Positions 1 through 15,099 of a stretch of DNA of 64,000 bases are shown here, piece by piece; position 1 is the stretch's first letter, and each line of letters begins with the position of its first letter. A program made the position numbers and the translations under genes. The notes under the pieces were generated by a model. It was not told the DNA's origin. It saw only the letters and a list, made by a program, of their open reading frames with translations, and ran no database searches. The DNA lies in the NCBI GenBank assembly GCA_964016885.1, contig OZ024740.1, positions 348,068,001 to 348,132,000 of the forward strand, written 5' to 3'. Origin of the DNA: Eledone cirrhosa (lineage: Eukaryota).

Positions 1-8
1 AATATATG

Positions 9-78
<70 letters not shown>

Positions 79-101
79 TGTATATATATATATATATATA
101 T

Positions 102-360
102 AAAATAAAGTTAAATAAAACTCAAATGATTAAAATTTAGCTTCGTTTATTACTGCTATATATATTTCAGTGACAGCCATCTTTGGCTGTGACCTCTTCA
201 GGCAGTCTGAATTAGTATGGTATAGACAAGTAAATTTTAATCATTTGACTATTGTTTAACTTTATTTTACACTACTCCGGAGTAACCAAACCAACCTGAG
301 CACTTCGTCGAGTGCTCCAGCCTGCATATTGAGGTGTTGGTATACAACCAACATAAACTC

Positions 361-365
<5 letters not shown>
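102..365 (+). mobile_element. Short fold-back PLE-derived element (inverted hammerhead arm + tail)
   Basis: 102-138 is the reverse complement of ~231-267; antisense hammerhead between the arms; tail with GAGCACTT..GAGTGCTC hairpin; flanked by (TA)n and (TC)n. Confidence 0.65.
152..206 (-). ncRNA. Type I hammerhead ribozyme
   Basis: Minus strand: actgc CTGAAGA ggtcacagcc aaagat ggctgtcact GAAA tatata TA gcagt, then AATAAA; stems I/II pair, stem III palindromic. Confidence 0.8.
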
Positions 366-441
<76 letters not shown>

Positions 442-630
442 GTATGTATATATCTATGTATATATATATGTATGTATATATCTATGTATATATATATATG
501 TATGTATATATCTATGTATATATATATATATGTATGTATATATCTATGTATATATATGTATGTATATATCTATGTATATATATATATGTATGTATATATC
601 TATGTATATATATATATATATGTATATATC

Positions 631-669
<39 letters not shown>

Positions 670-674
670 ATATC

Positions 675-715
<41 letters not shown>

Positions 716-720
716 ATATC

Positions 721-761
<41 letters not shown>

Positions 762-830
762 ATATCTATGTATGTATATATATATATGTATGTATATATC
801 TATGTATATATATATATATGTATATATATG

Positions 831-861
<31 letters not shown>

Positions 862-996
862 ATATCTATATATATGTATATATGTATGTATGTATATATG
901 TATGTATATATGTATGTATGTATATGTATGTATATATATATGTATGTATATATATATGTATTTATGTATATATATGTATGTATATATATATATATG

Positions 997-1042
<46 letters not shown>

Positions 1043-1048
1043 TATATG

Positions 1049-1111
<63 letters not shown>

Positions 1112-1116
1112 GTATG

Positions 1117-1152
<36 letters not shown>

Positions 1153-1231
1153 TAAATATAAATTTATATATATATTTATATATATATATATATATGCCCA
1201 TATAAATATATATATATGTCTATATATATAC

Positions 1232-1264
<33 letters not shown>

Positions 1265-1320
1265 TGTATGTATATATATATATATATATAAATATAAATT
1301 TATATATATATTTATATATG
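366..1320. repeat. (TC)n/(TA)n/(TATG)n compound microsatellite
   Basis: Directly visible. Confidence 0.95.
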
Positions 1321-1363
1321 AAAAAGAACACAAGAGCGTCTACAACATCAAAAGATTTTATTG

Positions 1364-1411
1364 GCTAACAATGTTTCTTCCTTACGTGTAACCGTAGGAT
1401 TCATCAGAGCT
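1364..1411 (-). ncRNA. Minimal hammerhead ribozyme at the 3' end of a probable PLE fragment (~1321-2475)
   Basis: Minus: gct CTGATGA atcctacggttacacgtaaggaa GAAA cattg TT agc, then AATAAA; stem I only 3 bp. Confidence 0.65.
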
Positions 1412-2474
1412 ATAAAAGGGGTTTGATTGGTGTTATGGACTCTACCAACCAAACACCCAAGAACAAAGAGTAAAGAGAGTAAAGAGCAAAAGTAGGGGAC
1501 GATAAGTCTAATTTTGGTGCGGGAGGGTGGGGTGTTGGTCCTTGTTTACTAGCTGCGGTCATCGGGGGTCGGGTGGTTAGCTGAACCATAGATGGGGTGG
1601 CGTGGATAGTATGGTGCAGAGGGTGCGCAGAGGCTACACAAACACAAAGGGCGTAGAATACATATATACATATAGCGGAGGAGAAGGTACATGAGGTAAT
1701 TAGAAATGGAAAAAGAGTAATAATAATAATCTATAATTAATAGTGTATAATAAGGCATGGGGAAGATTACACTATAATAAGGTATAAAGGTAAGAATAAG
1801 GTAAAATATAAAGGAGGATAAAAGTGGAAATAATAATAAAGATAAAAAATATATAGAGAATATATAAGGAAATATAAGCGAATATTTGGAGGGGAAAACA
1901 CAATGTAAAAAAAACGATTTTTTTCAAACAATAATAAAAAATAATAAAAATATAATAATTATGGGGGGAGAAAACAGGATAGAGAAATATGATCAAGTGT
2001 GATTCGTTGAGAGAATATAGGATGATAACAGTTGTGTCCGGTTTATACATCTTAATAATAAATAATAAACAATATGTGTGTCAGAGTTTCAGAACCTTCA
2101 ATTCACTTACGGGTTCAAGCCACGTGGCATGGTCCATTGTTTATCTGTGCGGTCATGTGCGTTTGTTTTTGACACCACAGCAGATGCACAAGTTTGTAAA
2201 TTCCAATGCAGATAGAAGTCAATTTTTGCTCACCCGGACATTGACCGAGGATCCAATATTCCTAGTTCAATATGTGTTTGGTGTTATTTTGTTCGCACAA
2301 ATCAATCAATTGGTTCAATATATGGAGTATGGTTTCCTGGTCTTCGTGACAGTGTCAGTGGTTGTATATTTGGAAGTCACAAGGATCACAGTACTCCGGT
2401 TTGGTGTGATACCCAAACGTTGAACTTTGGTGTCGATAGGACATCAACGAAGCAGGGTGATATCGCATCTGTGG

Positions 2475-2538
2475 TATATATTTATATATATATACCCATA
2501 TAAATATATATATATGTCTATATATATACATATATATA

Positions 2539-2574
<36 letters not shown>

Positions 2575-2744
2575 TATATATATATATATATATGTCTATA
2601 TATATACATATATATATGTCTATATATATACATATATATATATGTCTATATATATACATATATATATGTCTATATATATATGTCTATATATATATATATG
2701 TCTATATATATATATGTCTATATATATATATATGTCTATATATA

Positions 2745-2813
<69 letters not shown>

Positions 2814-2864
2814 TACAATATATGTGTCTATATATATATATGTGTCTATATATATTTATATATA

Positions 2865-2903
<39 letters not shown>
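2475..2903. repeat. (TA)n with TGTC interruptions
   Basis: Directly visible. Confidence 0.95.
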
Positions 2904-2907
<4 letters not shown>

Positions 2908-3096
2908 TTAATATAGATGAGATTCTACAGGACTAGAACTGTTTCATTCATTAGAAATCATCAGGATTCCTGATGATTTCTAATGAATGAAACAGTTCTA
3001 GTCCTGTAGAATCTCATCTATATTAAAACTGTTATACTCTGCTATGTATTGAGTACCTTACTTACTGTGGTTACCTCCGATTCAACCCGGAATAAC

Positions 3097-3136
<40 letters not shown>

Positions 3137-3418
3137 AAAAAGGGATGAAATCGAAAATGCAACTGAAGTCTTATTTTTTTTTAAATATATATATTTATTT
3201 GGTTCCTTTACCGGTTTCGCAGTTCTTCTGCTTTTCAAAAGGTGAGTTGAGATGGAGGGTCTGTGGTTTTTCTCACATGTGAGAAAAACCACAGACCCTC
3301 CATCTCAACTCACCTTTTGAAAAGCAGAAGAACTGCGAAACCGGTAAAGGAACCAAATAAATATATATATTTTAAAAAAAATAAGACTTCAGTTGCATTT
3401 TCGATTTCATCCCTTTTT

Positions 3419-3454
<36 letters not shown>

Positions 3455-3569
3455 GTTATTCCGGGTTGAATCGGAGGTAACCACAGTAAGTAAGGTACTC
3501 AATACATAGCAGAGTATAACAGATTTAATATAGATGAGATTCTACAGGACTAGAACTGTTTCATTCATT

Positions 3570-3572
<3 letters not shown>
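2904..3572. repeat. Double palindrome containing a hammerhead element
   Basis: 2904-3030 is a perfect palindrome centred on 2967; 2979-3572 is a near-perfect palindrome centred on 3277/3278. Confidence 0.9.
2965..3013 (+). ncRNA. Type I hammerhead ribozyme (mirror copy on minus at ~2921-2969)
   Basis: gattc CTGATGA tttctaatgaat GAAA cag ttctagtc ctg TA gaatc; stem I gattc/gaatc, stem III acag/ctgt, GUA triplet. Confidence 0.8.
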
Positions 3573-3605
<33 letters not shown>

Positions 3606-3874
3606 CAATATATGTGTCTATATATATATGCATGTTTATATATATATATATATATATATGAGGAAAAAAGATGAAATAAAAAATGCAGCTGGAGTCTTTT
3701 GAAGAATACTTGTATGGTCCCTTTACCGCTTTAGCAGTTCTTCTGCTTTTCAAAATTGAATTGAGATGGAGGGTTTGTGGTTTTTCTCGCATCTGGTTAG
3801 TGTTCGAATGTTACTTCTGTTTTATATGGAAAAAAGGGGCTCGAAATGCTAGGTTTTTAGAAAAGTAATCTGGC

Positions 3875-4175
3875 TGGTTGATGACTGTCATGTGAATAAG
3901 TATAATAAATTTCACGCCAGTTCGCATTACAAAGTTCTTATTATATTTGCCTTTAAAAAAAGGGGTGGGGGCTCAGATTGTTTTTGTATATATGAGTGAC
4001 ATTTGGTTGGTTGATACAGTTACGTGAATAAGTACATCAACTTTCGCGCCAGTTTGCGTTTGAGTTTCTTTTTACTTAAAAAAGTGGCTCAAAATATTTT
4101 TTATAACTGTAATTTGATTGGTTATAAATGAAATTATGACTGTCACGTGAACAAGTACATTCAATTTCGCGCCCA
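3875..4175. repeat. Three degenerate ~130-bp tandem repeats
   Basis: Motif GTCACGTGAATAAGTACA..TTTCGCGCC recurs at ~3886, ~4018 and ~4140. Confidence 0.55.
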
Positions 4176-4311
4176 TATTTGGGAATTTCTTTTTGTAGCC
4201 ATTTTGTGCCAAACAAAAGATTATGGCACAAAATTCTCTAAATGGCTACAACAAAAATATAAAAATTTTACCTTGTTGATTCGTTGATATGTTAATCATC
4301 TAAGGAATATA

Positions 4312-4344
<33 letters not shown>

Positions 4345-4347
<3 letters not shown>

Positions 4348-4856
4348 GAATTAGTATATCTACCAACATATGCGTACAGATGTACACTAATGCTAGCAAA
4401 TACATAAGTTATGTCATAGTACCTAGGTGGTTCAATGCAGGAGGATGCAGAACAATAATATGAAAGACGTAAAATAAGTAAAAAAAAAAAAAAAAAAAAA
4501 TTAACTTACTTACTAAAATTTTCACTCCAACTAATTAGTTTCTGTAATGGGATAAAGATAGTTACGTAATATAACCATTGATAATTCATTACGTCATCAG
4601 GAAGTCTATTCTCAGCTAAGTCTCCAGGCAATGCGCGGACACTAGGGACTCATATAAAAATAATAATAATTCGGTGGAAGGAACAGCTAGCGGGGACTGG
4701 ATTCTATGCACTGAAAAAGTTCGCTGCCTCTGGTCAAATGGCAGATTCTAAAGAATCAATCACGTGACACTGAGGCTAGTCGGAAGGAGTGGGTTGGTAA
4801 GATGACAGAAGCCTACTACCACACCAATTTTTTTAAAATTTTTCTTATTTTACGTC

Positions 4857-4863
<7 letters not shown>
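4345..4863 (-). mobile_element. Fold-back hammerhead element in (TA)n
   Basis: Short inverted repeat TATGAAAGACGTAAAATAAG (~4460) / CTTATTTTACGTCTTTCATA (~4844); unpaired tail 4345-4459; TA flanks. Confidence 0.6.
4524..4605 (-). ncRNA. Type I hammerhead ribozyme, extended stem II
   Basis: Minus: acttc CTGATGA cgtaatg...cattaca GAAA ctaattag TT ggagt; palindromic stem III. Confidence 0.75.
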
Positions 4864-4888
<25 letters not shown>

Positions 4889-5071
4889 GGAGTGACCGTG
4901 ATGTATAGACCGGAAAGATCACAATTTAGAGTGAGTTATACTCGATGCATGGTGAAATGCAGAATATGTATATTGATTTTGTAGAAGTCCGAGCATGTGG
5001 TTTAGATTCAAGGATAGTTCTGCACGTCAGGAGCGGTGGTATTTGGAGAGACATCTACACAATTAATATAT

Positions 5072-5292
5072 ATGGGAGCGATGTATTGGCAGTACAGATA
5101 GAGCGTCGGAAAACATGTTGTGCGGCATAGAGTTGCGTCTCTTTACGTTCTGAGTTTGAATCCTACCGAGGTTGGCTTTGCCTTTCACCTTTATGGGGCC
5201 GATGAAACAAAGTACCAGTGACAAACTGTGTTCGATTTTATCGACTTTCCCCTCCCTCCAAATTGTTGGCATTGTGCCTTTATCAGAGAACA
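5072..5292 (+). mobile_element. tRNA-derived SINE (Octopus-type), diverged
   Basis: Aligns by eye to 37526-37748: TTGGCAG A-box, GAGTTTGAATCC B-box, CTTTGCCTTTCA..GGGGCCGAT..AAGTACCAGT core. Confidence 0.75.
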
Positions 5293-6462
5293 TGAACAAC
5301 CATGACGTCATCTTCGTTCATCAGCCTTCAAATTGGAATATATACTGGGTGATCTTTATTTAATAACTAAAGATATCATGGTCTATCGCAAGATTTCAGA
5401 GGGATGTTAGGGTAAGGGAATCATAAAAGAAGACACAGAACAACATTATAACTACAAGGAAACAGGGGAAAACAAAGTACATAGAAGCAAAGGATTGCCT
5501 TTCAATCCTTTATAACAAATTAAATTGAACATTAAAATTAAAACGGAAAACAAGAATCTTACAAACAAAATAATTCAACAATTCATACAAGCGTAAAGCA
5601 GCATAGTAACGCTTCGAAGAATTATTGATGAACTCCGAAGATGAAAATACGAGAAGGGGGATAGAAAAGAAGGTCCTTGTGTACGGAGAAGAAAATATAG
5701 GAAGTTGGAGAAAGGTTAAGGAAGATAGGGAAAGGAATATTATGTGGTGATTGTAAAGAGAAGCAAATGAGAGGGCAAGAGAGAAAGAGAGAGATAGTTG
5801 TAGCATAGGGAGGGAGAGAAAAAACAGAGTGGTAAGAAACAAGAGAAAAAGTGAGAGAGAGATTAGCTAGAGAGATATTGCCAGTATAAAGGAACATATA
5901 GTAAGAAGTAGTTAATGTGAGTTATCGTAAATATTAAATATTGTCAACATTTATTCACGAATGACTACAGATATGAACAAATACATACGGGTGTAACCAA
6001 AATATTTTCGTTCATAATCCATCAAACTAGACTCTAGACTGTGTGACATCAGCATAAATGCACATATACGTGTCCTGCTGTATGAAAAGTGAAATCCACC
6101 GTCTACTAAATTCAATTATGAAGAAAGGTTGGAAACTATTTGGTTATTTGGTATAGATTAATATTTACACACTCACCCACGCTCTCTCTCCTTTAGTCTT
6201 TTACTCTCTTGCTATATTTTACTTAATAATTTTACTTAATAATTATTAACTCCGTTTTCGCACCACCAAGATTCAACATCAAAAATGGATGATTTGCATA
6301 ACACCGAGTACTTTTCATGATATTACATCATGATTGATAATACGGAATGACCAGTTCTGTCCAGTGGTAAACAACCAAACTTAAATATATATATACATAC
6401 ATATATAAATAATTAAGTCAAATATGTAAAATTTGGCTTCGTTTATTATAAATTATAGATAT

Positions 6463-6517
6463 ACTGCTATATATATTTTGGTGACAGCCATCATTGGCTG
6501 TGACCTCTTCAGGCAGT
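6463..6517 (-). ncRNA. Decayed hammerhead, same family as 152-206
   Basis: Minus: actgc CTGAAGA ggtcacagcc..ggctgtcacc AAAA tatata TA gcagt; core G of GAAA mutated; TTGAGTGCTT motif at ~6664. Confidence 0.65.
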
Positions 6518-7039
6518 CCGATTAGGTTTGTCAAATTATCCTGAGTCGATTTTCTCGTCAATTTTTTCTCGATTTTCTCGTCAACCATACGGTAAGCCGG
6601 TCGCAATCTTCAATTTGCAAAGCTGTCCAAACGTAATGTTATTACACTAAGGTAAAATACCTATTGAGTGCTTAGCTCCACATTCCGATTGCATTTGTTA
6701 TCTTAGCTGCAGCCAGAGCTTCGATTAGGCTGAACTTCCATTTGTATATATATATATAATGTTTATATACATTTTTTCTTCTAACTTTAATTTTATACCT
6801 AATTGTGTATGGTAGACGATATGTTTAATCGATTTCCACGTGCTATTGAAGTGGTGGGTAAATATTCTATAGCTGTTGATCGCGAATAGATGGCTGTCGT
6901 TTATTTATCTATTATTTCTTCATAGGTGCCTTTTAATCTTATAGCCTTGTTTTTTTTGTGTGGTTGATTATGCTGATTGGGAGAGGAGATGGTGTATATA
7001 TCTTATCAACTGATTCTATGGACATACTTTATAGTATAT

Positions 7040-7460
7040 ATATATATATATATATGAATGTATATATAGTTTATTTTGCAATACACTGTATGCTTAATTA
7101 AAAGCATTTCGAAGACCTTACGCTATTGTTTTAGAGTAGTGACAGTCTCACTTACTTTAATTTTCAGCAAACAGGGGAGATAAAGCTGACAGAGCTCTGT
7201 TTTGCACTTTTTGGTGCTTATCAAAGCTAAGTACTCCGCCAGTTTGCTGAAAATCATGAATCTTTGATTCTTATAGAATTCTAGTAATAATCAGGAACTG
7301 ATTATACAGAGCGGTTGCCGGTCAAGCAGAAATTGAAAATTAGAATTGGTGCTCTGAAATAGCTATATATATATGAATGTATATATAGTGCATTTTGCAA
7401 TAACACTGTATGCTTAATTAAAAGCATTTCGAAGACCTTATGCTATTGTTTTAGAGTAGT
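7040..7460. repeat. ~100-bp direct repeat flanking a small fold-back element
   Basis: ~7045-7140 repeated at ~7365-7460; insert has inverted repeat TTTTCAGCAAAC/GTTTGCTGAAAA. Confidence 0.75.
7184..7228 (-). ncRNA. Degenerate hammerhead
   Basis: Minus: agct TTGATAA gcac caaaaa gtgc AAAA cagagctctg TC agct; all three stems intact, three transitions in the core. Confidence 0.5.
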
Positions 7461-7744
7461 ATAAAAATCAAAAATTCTTGATAGATAGATACAATTATGA
7501 TACATAGTTAGAATTTCAAGGAAATCGGTCTGAAGGTAATGCCTAAAAAACCGCTAAAAAGCTGAAAAAACGTAGTTTTTCACCTAATGCGAGCCCTAGG
7601 GAATCGAAAAGTTGAATTTATGTGCATAACACTCCCTAAAACATAAGTAATACACATGTAAAGTCTGAAAAAATCGGTTGGGTACGTCTCGAGTTTTAGG
7701 GATTCAAACTCACAGACACACCCACACACATACAGACATCCTCA

Positions 7745-7760
<16 letters not shown>
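7461..7760 (-). mobile_element. Non-autonomous Helitron-like 5' end
   Basis: Minus: TATATAAAACTGAGGATGTCTGTATGTG...; same family on plus at 17976-18095, which begins A|TCTATATATATAAAA. Confidence 0.55.
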
Positions 7761-7840
<80 letters not shown>

Positions 7841-7896
7841 TGTATATATACAATGATATTAAATAAATGGAAGCTATATTTATAAAACCATATTTA

Positions 7897-7952
7897 TTCT
7901 ATTATATATTTCAAGGGTACCAAAAACTTTGGTAAGCTTTCATCAGATAAAA
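7897..7952 (-). ncRNA. Type I hammerhead ribozyme
   Basis: Minus: ttttat CTGATGA aagcttaccaaagtttttggtaccctt GAAA tata TA atagaa, overlapping AATAAA. Confidence 0.7.
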
Positions 7953-8034
7953 TATATATATATAAATATCTCTCCCACGTGTAGCTTGACAGTCAATTTT
8001 AAAATTCTCTTAGTTGTCTGAAATGTGTAGCCTT

Positions 8035-8114
8035 ACACACACTGATGAACCGATACTAACCAATTTCTTTCAACAAATTATTGGTGAAACATATCTTTGG
8101 ATTTGTACGTGTGT
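8035..8114 (+). ncRNA. Type I hammerhead ribozyme in a PLE-like 3' end (~7965-8373)
   Basis: acacaca CTGATGA accgata...tattggt GAAA catatctttggatttg TA cgtgtgt; downstream GAGCTCA..TGAGCAC hairpin, then (TA)n. Confidence 0.7.
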
Positions 8115-8373
8115 TATATAGTTATAGAGGTATTTATTTACGCTTTAATTTATATTCTTAATTATCGTGTCTATAGTCTGCCTTTCATAGGTTATAGATT
8201 CCATACACTGGTGGTTTTCTTTTTCCCTGTATTATTGATAACGCACTGTATATCTCTCTCTGGTGTGTTACCTTTTCAACATATTGTATTTTAAAGAGCT
8301 CAGGTTCTCTTCTCCTTTGAGCACATTATTTACAGGGAATGGCGAGGGCCTATGCCTCCGTTAATTTATCGTG

Positions 8374-10980
<2,607 letters not shown>

Positions 10981-11284
10981 AAATATGTATTAAAAACAAA
11001 TAACGAAACGAAATTAAATTTCGTTTCGTTTGTAACTCACTTTTGTATGACTGACGCTTAAACAATTAAGTTAAAAATGTACATCCACATATGTATACTG
11101 AAATACTAGTATGCATATGAATACACACACGTATACATATGTAGATGTACCGAGTTTTTCACTGGTCACTTTACTGTGAGTGTCCAGCTATTCTGTATGT
11201 AAACACACAGACAAACCGGTTTTTAGAGTCATACTGGTTTTTGAGGAAACACCTTTCCTCTATTCTCCAGAAAGCCAGATAAGG

Positions 11285-11329
11285 AATATTGAACTAGTTT
11301 CGTTGTTGTTACAACTCATCAGCAATATT
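11285..11329 (-). ncRNA. Hammerhead ribozyme, family A
   Basis: aatattg CTGATGA gttgt aaca acaac GAAA ctag TT caatatt. Confidence 0.9.
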
Positions 11330-11750
11330 TACCTATCTTCCGGCCTTTCTAGAGAATCGTAAAAGCACATATCGTTATATGCTTTTTCTATGAAAATTAG
11401 TAGTGGGCAGACTAATTTGCATAGAGCGTGAGTACGTACCGGTTCAACGGAGACGATAAAAACAAATAACGAAACGAAATTAAATTTCGTTTCGTTTGTA
11501 ACTCACTTTTGTATGACTGACGCTTAAACAATTAAGTTAAAAATGTACATCCACATATGTATACTGAAATACTAGTATGCATATGAATACACACACGTAT
11601 ACATATGTAGATGTACCGAGTTTTTCACTGGTCACTTTACTGTGAGTGTCCAGCTATTCTGTATGTAAACACACAGACAAACCGGTTTTTAGAGTCATAC
11701 TGGTTTTTGAGGAAACACCTTTCCTCTATTCTCCAGAAAGCCAGATAAGG

Positions 11751-11795
11751 AATATTGAACTAGTTTCGTTGTTGTTACAACTCATCAGCAATATT
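11751..11795 (-). ncRNA. Hammerhead ribozyme, family A
   Basis: Identical motif, +466. Confidence 0.9.
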
Positions 11796-12012
11796 TACCT
11801 ATCTTCCGGCCTTTCTAGAGAATCGTAAAAGCACATATCGTTATATGCTTTTTATATGAACATTAGTAGTGGGCAGACTAATTTGCATAGAGCGTGAGTA
11901 CGTACCGGTTCAACGGAGACGATAAAAACAAATAACGAAACGAAATTAAATTTCGTTTCGTTTGTAACTCACTTTTGTATGACTGACGCTTAAACAATTA
12001 GGAAGATAGGTA

Positions 12013-12057
12013 AATATTGCTGATGAGTTGTAACAACAACGAAACTAGTTCAATATT
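12013..12057 (+). ncRNA. Hammerhead ribozyme, family A
   Basis: Identical motif on the plus strand. Confidence 0.9.
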
Positions 12058-12383
12058 CCTTATCTGGCTTTCTGGAGAATAGAGGAAAGGTGTTTCCTCA
12101 AAAACCAGTATGACTCTAAAAACCGGTTTGTCTGTGTGTTTACATACAGAATAGCTGGACACTCACAGTAAAGTGACCAGTGAAAAACTCGGTACATCTA
12201 CATATGTATACGCGTGTGTATTCATATGCATACTAGTATTTCAGTATACATATGTGGATGTACATTTTTAACTTAATTGTTTAAGCGTCAGTCATACAAA
12301 AGTGAGTTACAAACGAAACGAAATTTAATTTCGTTTCGTTATTTGTTTTTATCGTCTCCGTTGAACCGGTACGTACTCACGCT

Positions 12384-12420
12384 CTATGCAAATTAGTCTG
12401 CCCACTACTAATTTTCATAG
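12384..12420 (+). promoter_or_regulatory. Inverted octamer pair upstream of hammerhead (family A; one per unit)
   Basis: CTATGCAAATTAG tctgcccacta CTAATTTTCATAG; ATGCAAAT at 12386, 100 nt before the core at 12486. Confidence 0.5.
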
Positions 12421-12478
12421 AAAAAGCATATAACGATATGTGCTTTTACGATTCTCTAGAAAGGCCGGAAGATAGGTA

Positions 12479-12523
12479 AATATTGCTGATGAGTTGTAAC
12501 AACAACGAAACTAGTTCAATATT
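12479..12523 (+). ncRNA. Hammerhead ribozyme, family A
   Basis: Identical motif. Confidence 0.9.
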
Positions 12524-12942
12524 CCTTATCTGGCTTTCTGGAGAATAGAGGAAAGGTGTTTCCTCAAAAACCAGTATGACTCTAAAAACCGGTTTGTCTG
12601 TGTTTACATACAGAATAGCTGGACACTCACAGTAAAGTGACCAGTGAAAAACTCGGTACATCTACATATGTATACGTGTGTGTATTCATATGCATACTAG
12701 TATTTCAGTATACATTTGTGGATGTACATTTTTAACTTAATTGTTTAAGCGTCAGTCATACAAAAGTGAGTTACAAACGAAACGAAATTTAATTTCGTTT
12801 CGTTATTTGTTTTTATCGTCTCCGTTGAACCGGTACGTACTCACGCTCTATGCAAATTAGTCTGCCCACTACTAATTTTCATAGAAAAAGCATATAACGA
12901 TATGTGCTTTTACGATTCTCTAGAAAGGCCGGAAGATAGGTA

Positions 12943-12987
12943 AATATTGCTGATGAGTTGTAACAACAACGAAACTAGTTCAATATT
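12943..12987 (+). ncRNA. Hammerhead ribozyme, family A
   Basis: Identical motif. Confidence 0.9.
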
Positions 12988-13956
12988 CCTTATCTGGCTT
13001 TCTGGAGAATAGAGGAAAGGTGTTTCCTCAAAAACCAGTATGACTCTAAAAACCGGTTTGTCTGTGTGTTTACATACAGAATAGCTGGACACTCACAGTA
13101 AAGTGACCAGTGAAAAACTCGGTACATCTACATATGTATACGTGTGTGTATTCATATGCATACTAGTATTTCAGTATACATATGTGGATGTACATTTTTA
13201 ACTTAATTGTTTAAATATGTATTATTATCTATAAAAGGCAGATTTTTGTGTCTGTATGTGTTTCAATTTTATACATTTACACAATTCCAAAAATATTGAA
13301 TGAATAATTAAGCAGAATGTTTACTAATATTCTAACTTGGGTCATGGGCAAACTTATTGGGTAAAAAATGCCATAATTACGGAAAAATCGATTTATTTCA
13401 ACAATCGATGATTTCTCCTCTCTCATATGATATACGTTTCCTATATCTACTCCCTTCATCACCTCCCCTTAAAATTGCTACCTTCTCTTATAAGTGTTTG
13501 TGAAAAAGAGAAACATTGAAAAAAAACATATACACACATATATGTGGGTGCATACACACACATATATGTTGGTATGGTTACGATTGACGTCATAGAAACA
13601 GGAACGCGGGAATTTCAATCAATCAACGCATACACAGTTTGTTTTAGCTCCATTTCGAAGCTGACTTTCATTTACTAAACTGTAAGTTTTTCAATCGGCC
13701 TTACACTTTCAAACTATATTTTTCTGTATAAGTAACTTTAACCCTTTATTTTCGACATAAAAATACACACATACATACAAATACCTGTAAATTTTTTTGG
13801 GGGGCATTTTTACATTCAATTATCAGCCTTATATTTTCAAAGTCAATTTTTATGTTGAAGTAACATACATACATACATACATACATACATACATACATAC
13901 ATACATACATACATACATACATACATACATACATACATACATACATACATACATAC

Positions 13957-14560
13957 ATGGTGGCTGCCAACTCGTTTTCGAGTACGGCCACTACTTTATA
14001 TCCATGTAAGAGAACTCTTACCGATACGCTTAACGAGTGTGACGTTTTAGTCCAGCCAGCGACTTGAAAACTCTGGTACAAACAGTGTGACAATTATTGA
14101 CACATAGTGCTGGGCTCATGTTACCATATGACGACAAGTGTAGAGAGATATCCAGATATAAAGCAATGCCTGTGCCGTGAAGCTTTTATAGTGAGTAAAG
14201 GCACTGCACAAAGCCAGTCCCACTCTCTTAACCAAGATGATATTTACCAAAAAGAAGTACAAGTCAACATCATTGGATACCATCAGGGTTGCAGGTGTTA
14301 TATCAGAGTTTTCCTTCTCCTAGAATTCTGCCTTGACAAAAGCTAAGGGGTCATCTCTCCTGGTGATTTTGGATGGCCATTGACTCTTAAGAGCTCCTTT
14401 GGCCTTTGACAGGTTTTTTTTTTGTCCTGCAGGATGTCCAAAGTCACCCTCCTCACCAAGAAACCTTGGTGGGGTAGCCAGTTTAGTCGCCAACGACCCG
14501 ACCATGAGACAGTTTGTACTGGGATACATGTTACCAGTAGCACCAACTGGTGACCTGACA
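13957..14560 (-). mobile_element. ~600-bp RTE-derived non-autonomous retroelement nested in the Helitron
   Basis: Reverse complement of the copies at 39043-39605 and 44349-44960; flanked by (CATA)n. Confidence 0.75.
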
Positions 14561-14600
14561 TACATACATACATACATACATACATACATACATACATACA

Positions 14601-14632
<32 letters not shown>

Positions 14633-15099
14633 CATACATACATATACACACATACATACAAATACCTGTCACTTAATTTACACACACATCGGCCTTACAC
14701 TTTCATACACACATACATACATATACACACATACATACAAATACCTGTCACTTAATTTACACACACATCGGCCTTACACTTTCAAACTAAATTTTTCTGT
14801 AGAAGTAACTTTAACCCCTTCTTTTCGACATAAAAATACACACATACATACAAATACCTTAACATTTTTTTGGGGGGTCTTTCTTATCAATCTTTTTACA
14901 TTCAATTATCAGCCTTATACTTTCAAAGTCAATTTTTATGTTGAAGTAACTTTCACCCTTTATTTTTCGATACCCATTTACTTACTAACATTTGTATCAC
15001 AACAACAATAACAATATTCATAAACAGACAGTAGAATTTCAAAGTCAATTTTTCTGTAGAAGTAACTTTCACCCTTTCTTTTGGACATAAAATACCACC

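Larger units (their letters stand above)
10991..13215. mobile_element. Hammerhead tandem array, family A (466-nt monomer), with internal inversion; retrozyme-like
   Basis: ~2.2 units in one orientation (10991-12000) and ~2.6 units inverted (12001-13215); period 466/464; near-identical units; one hammerhead per unit. Confidence 0.9.

Noticed and set aside
329-1291. Long YI-rich ORFs here and at 8350-11061, 43156-43878, 47141-47915, 49489-54802, 59678-61021
   Set aside because: Translations of (TA)n/(TG)n repeats, which lack stop codons in several frames; not proteins.
1989-2423. 144-aa ORF
   Set aside because: No recognisable motifs on either strand; probably non-coding element body.
5560-5650. 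Possible very old hammerhead on minus (CGAAGCGTTA)
   Set aside because: No CUGANGA core or stem I could be identified.
11180-13092. Repeated 60-aa ORF MSSYSVCKH...
   Set aside because: Antisense to the ribozyme, GTG start, no recognisable domain; recurs only because the unit is repeated.
10991-13215. CRISPR-like array
   Set aside because: Units are 466 nt and identical with no unique spacers; eukaryotic context.
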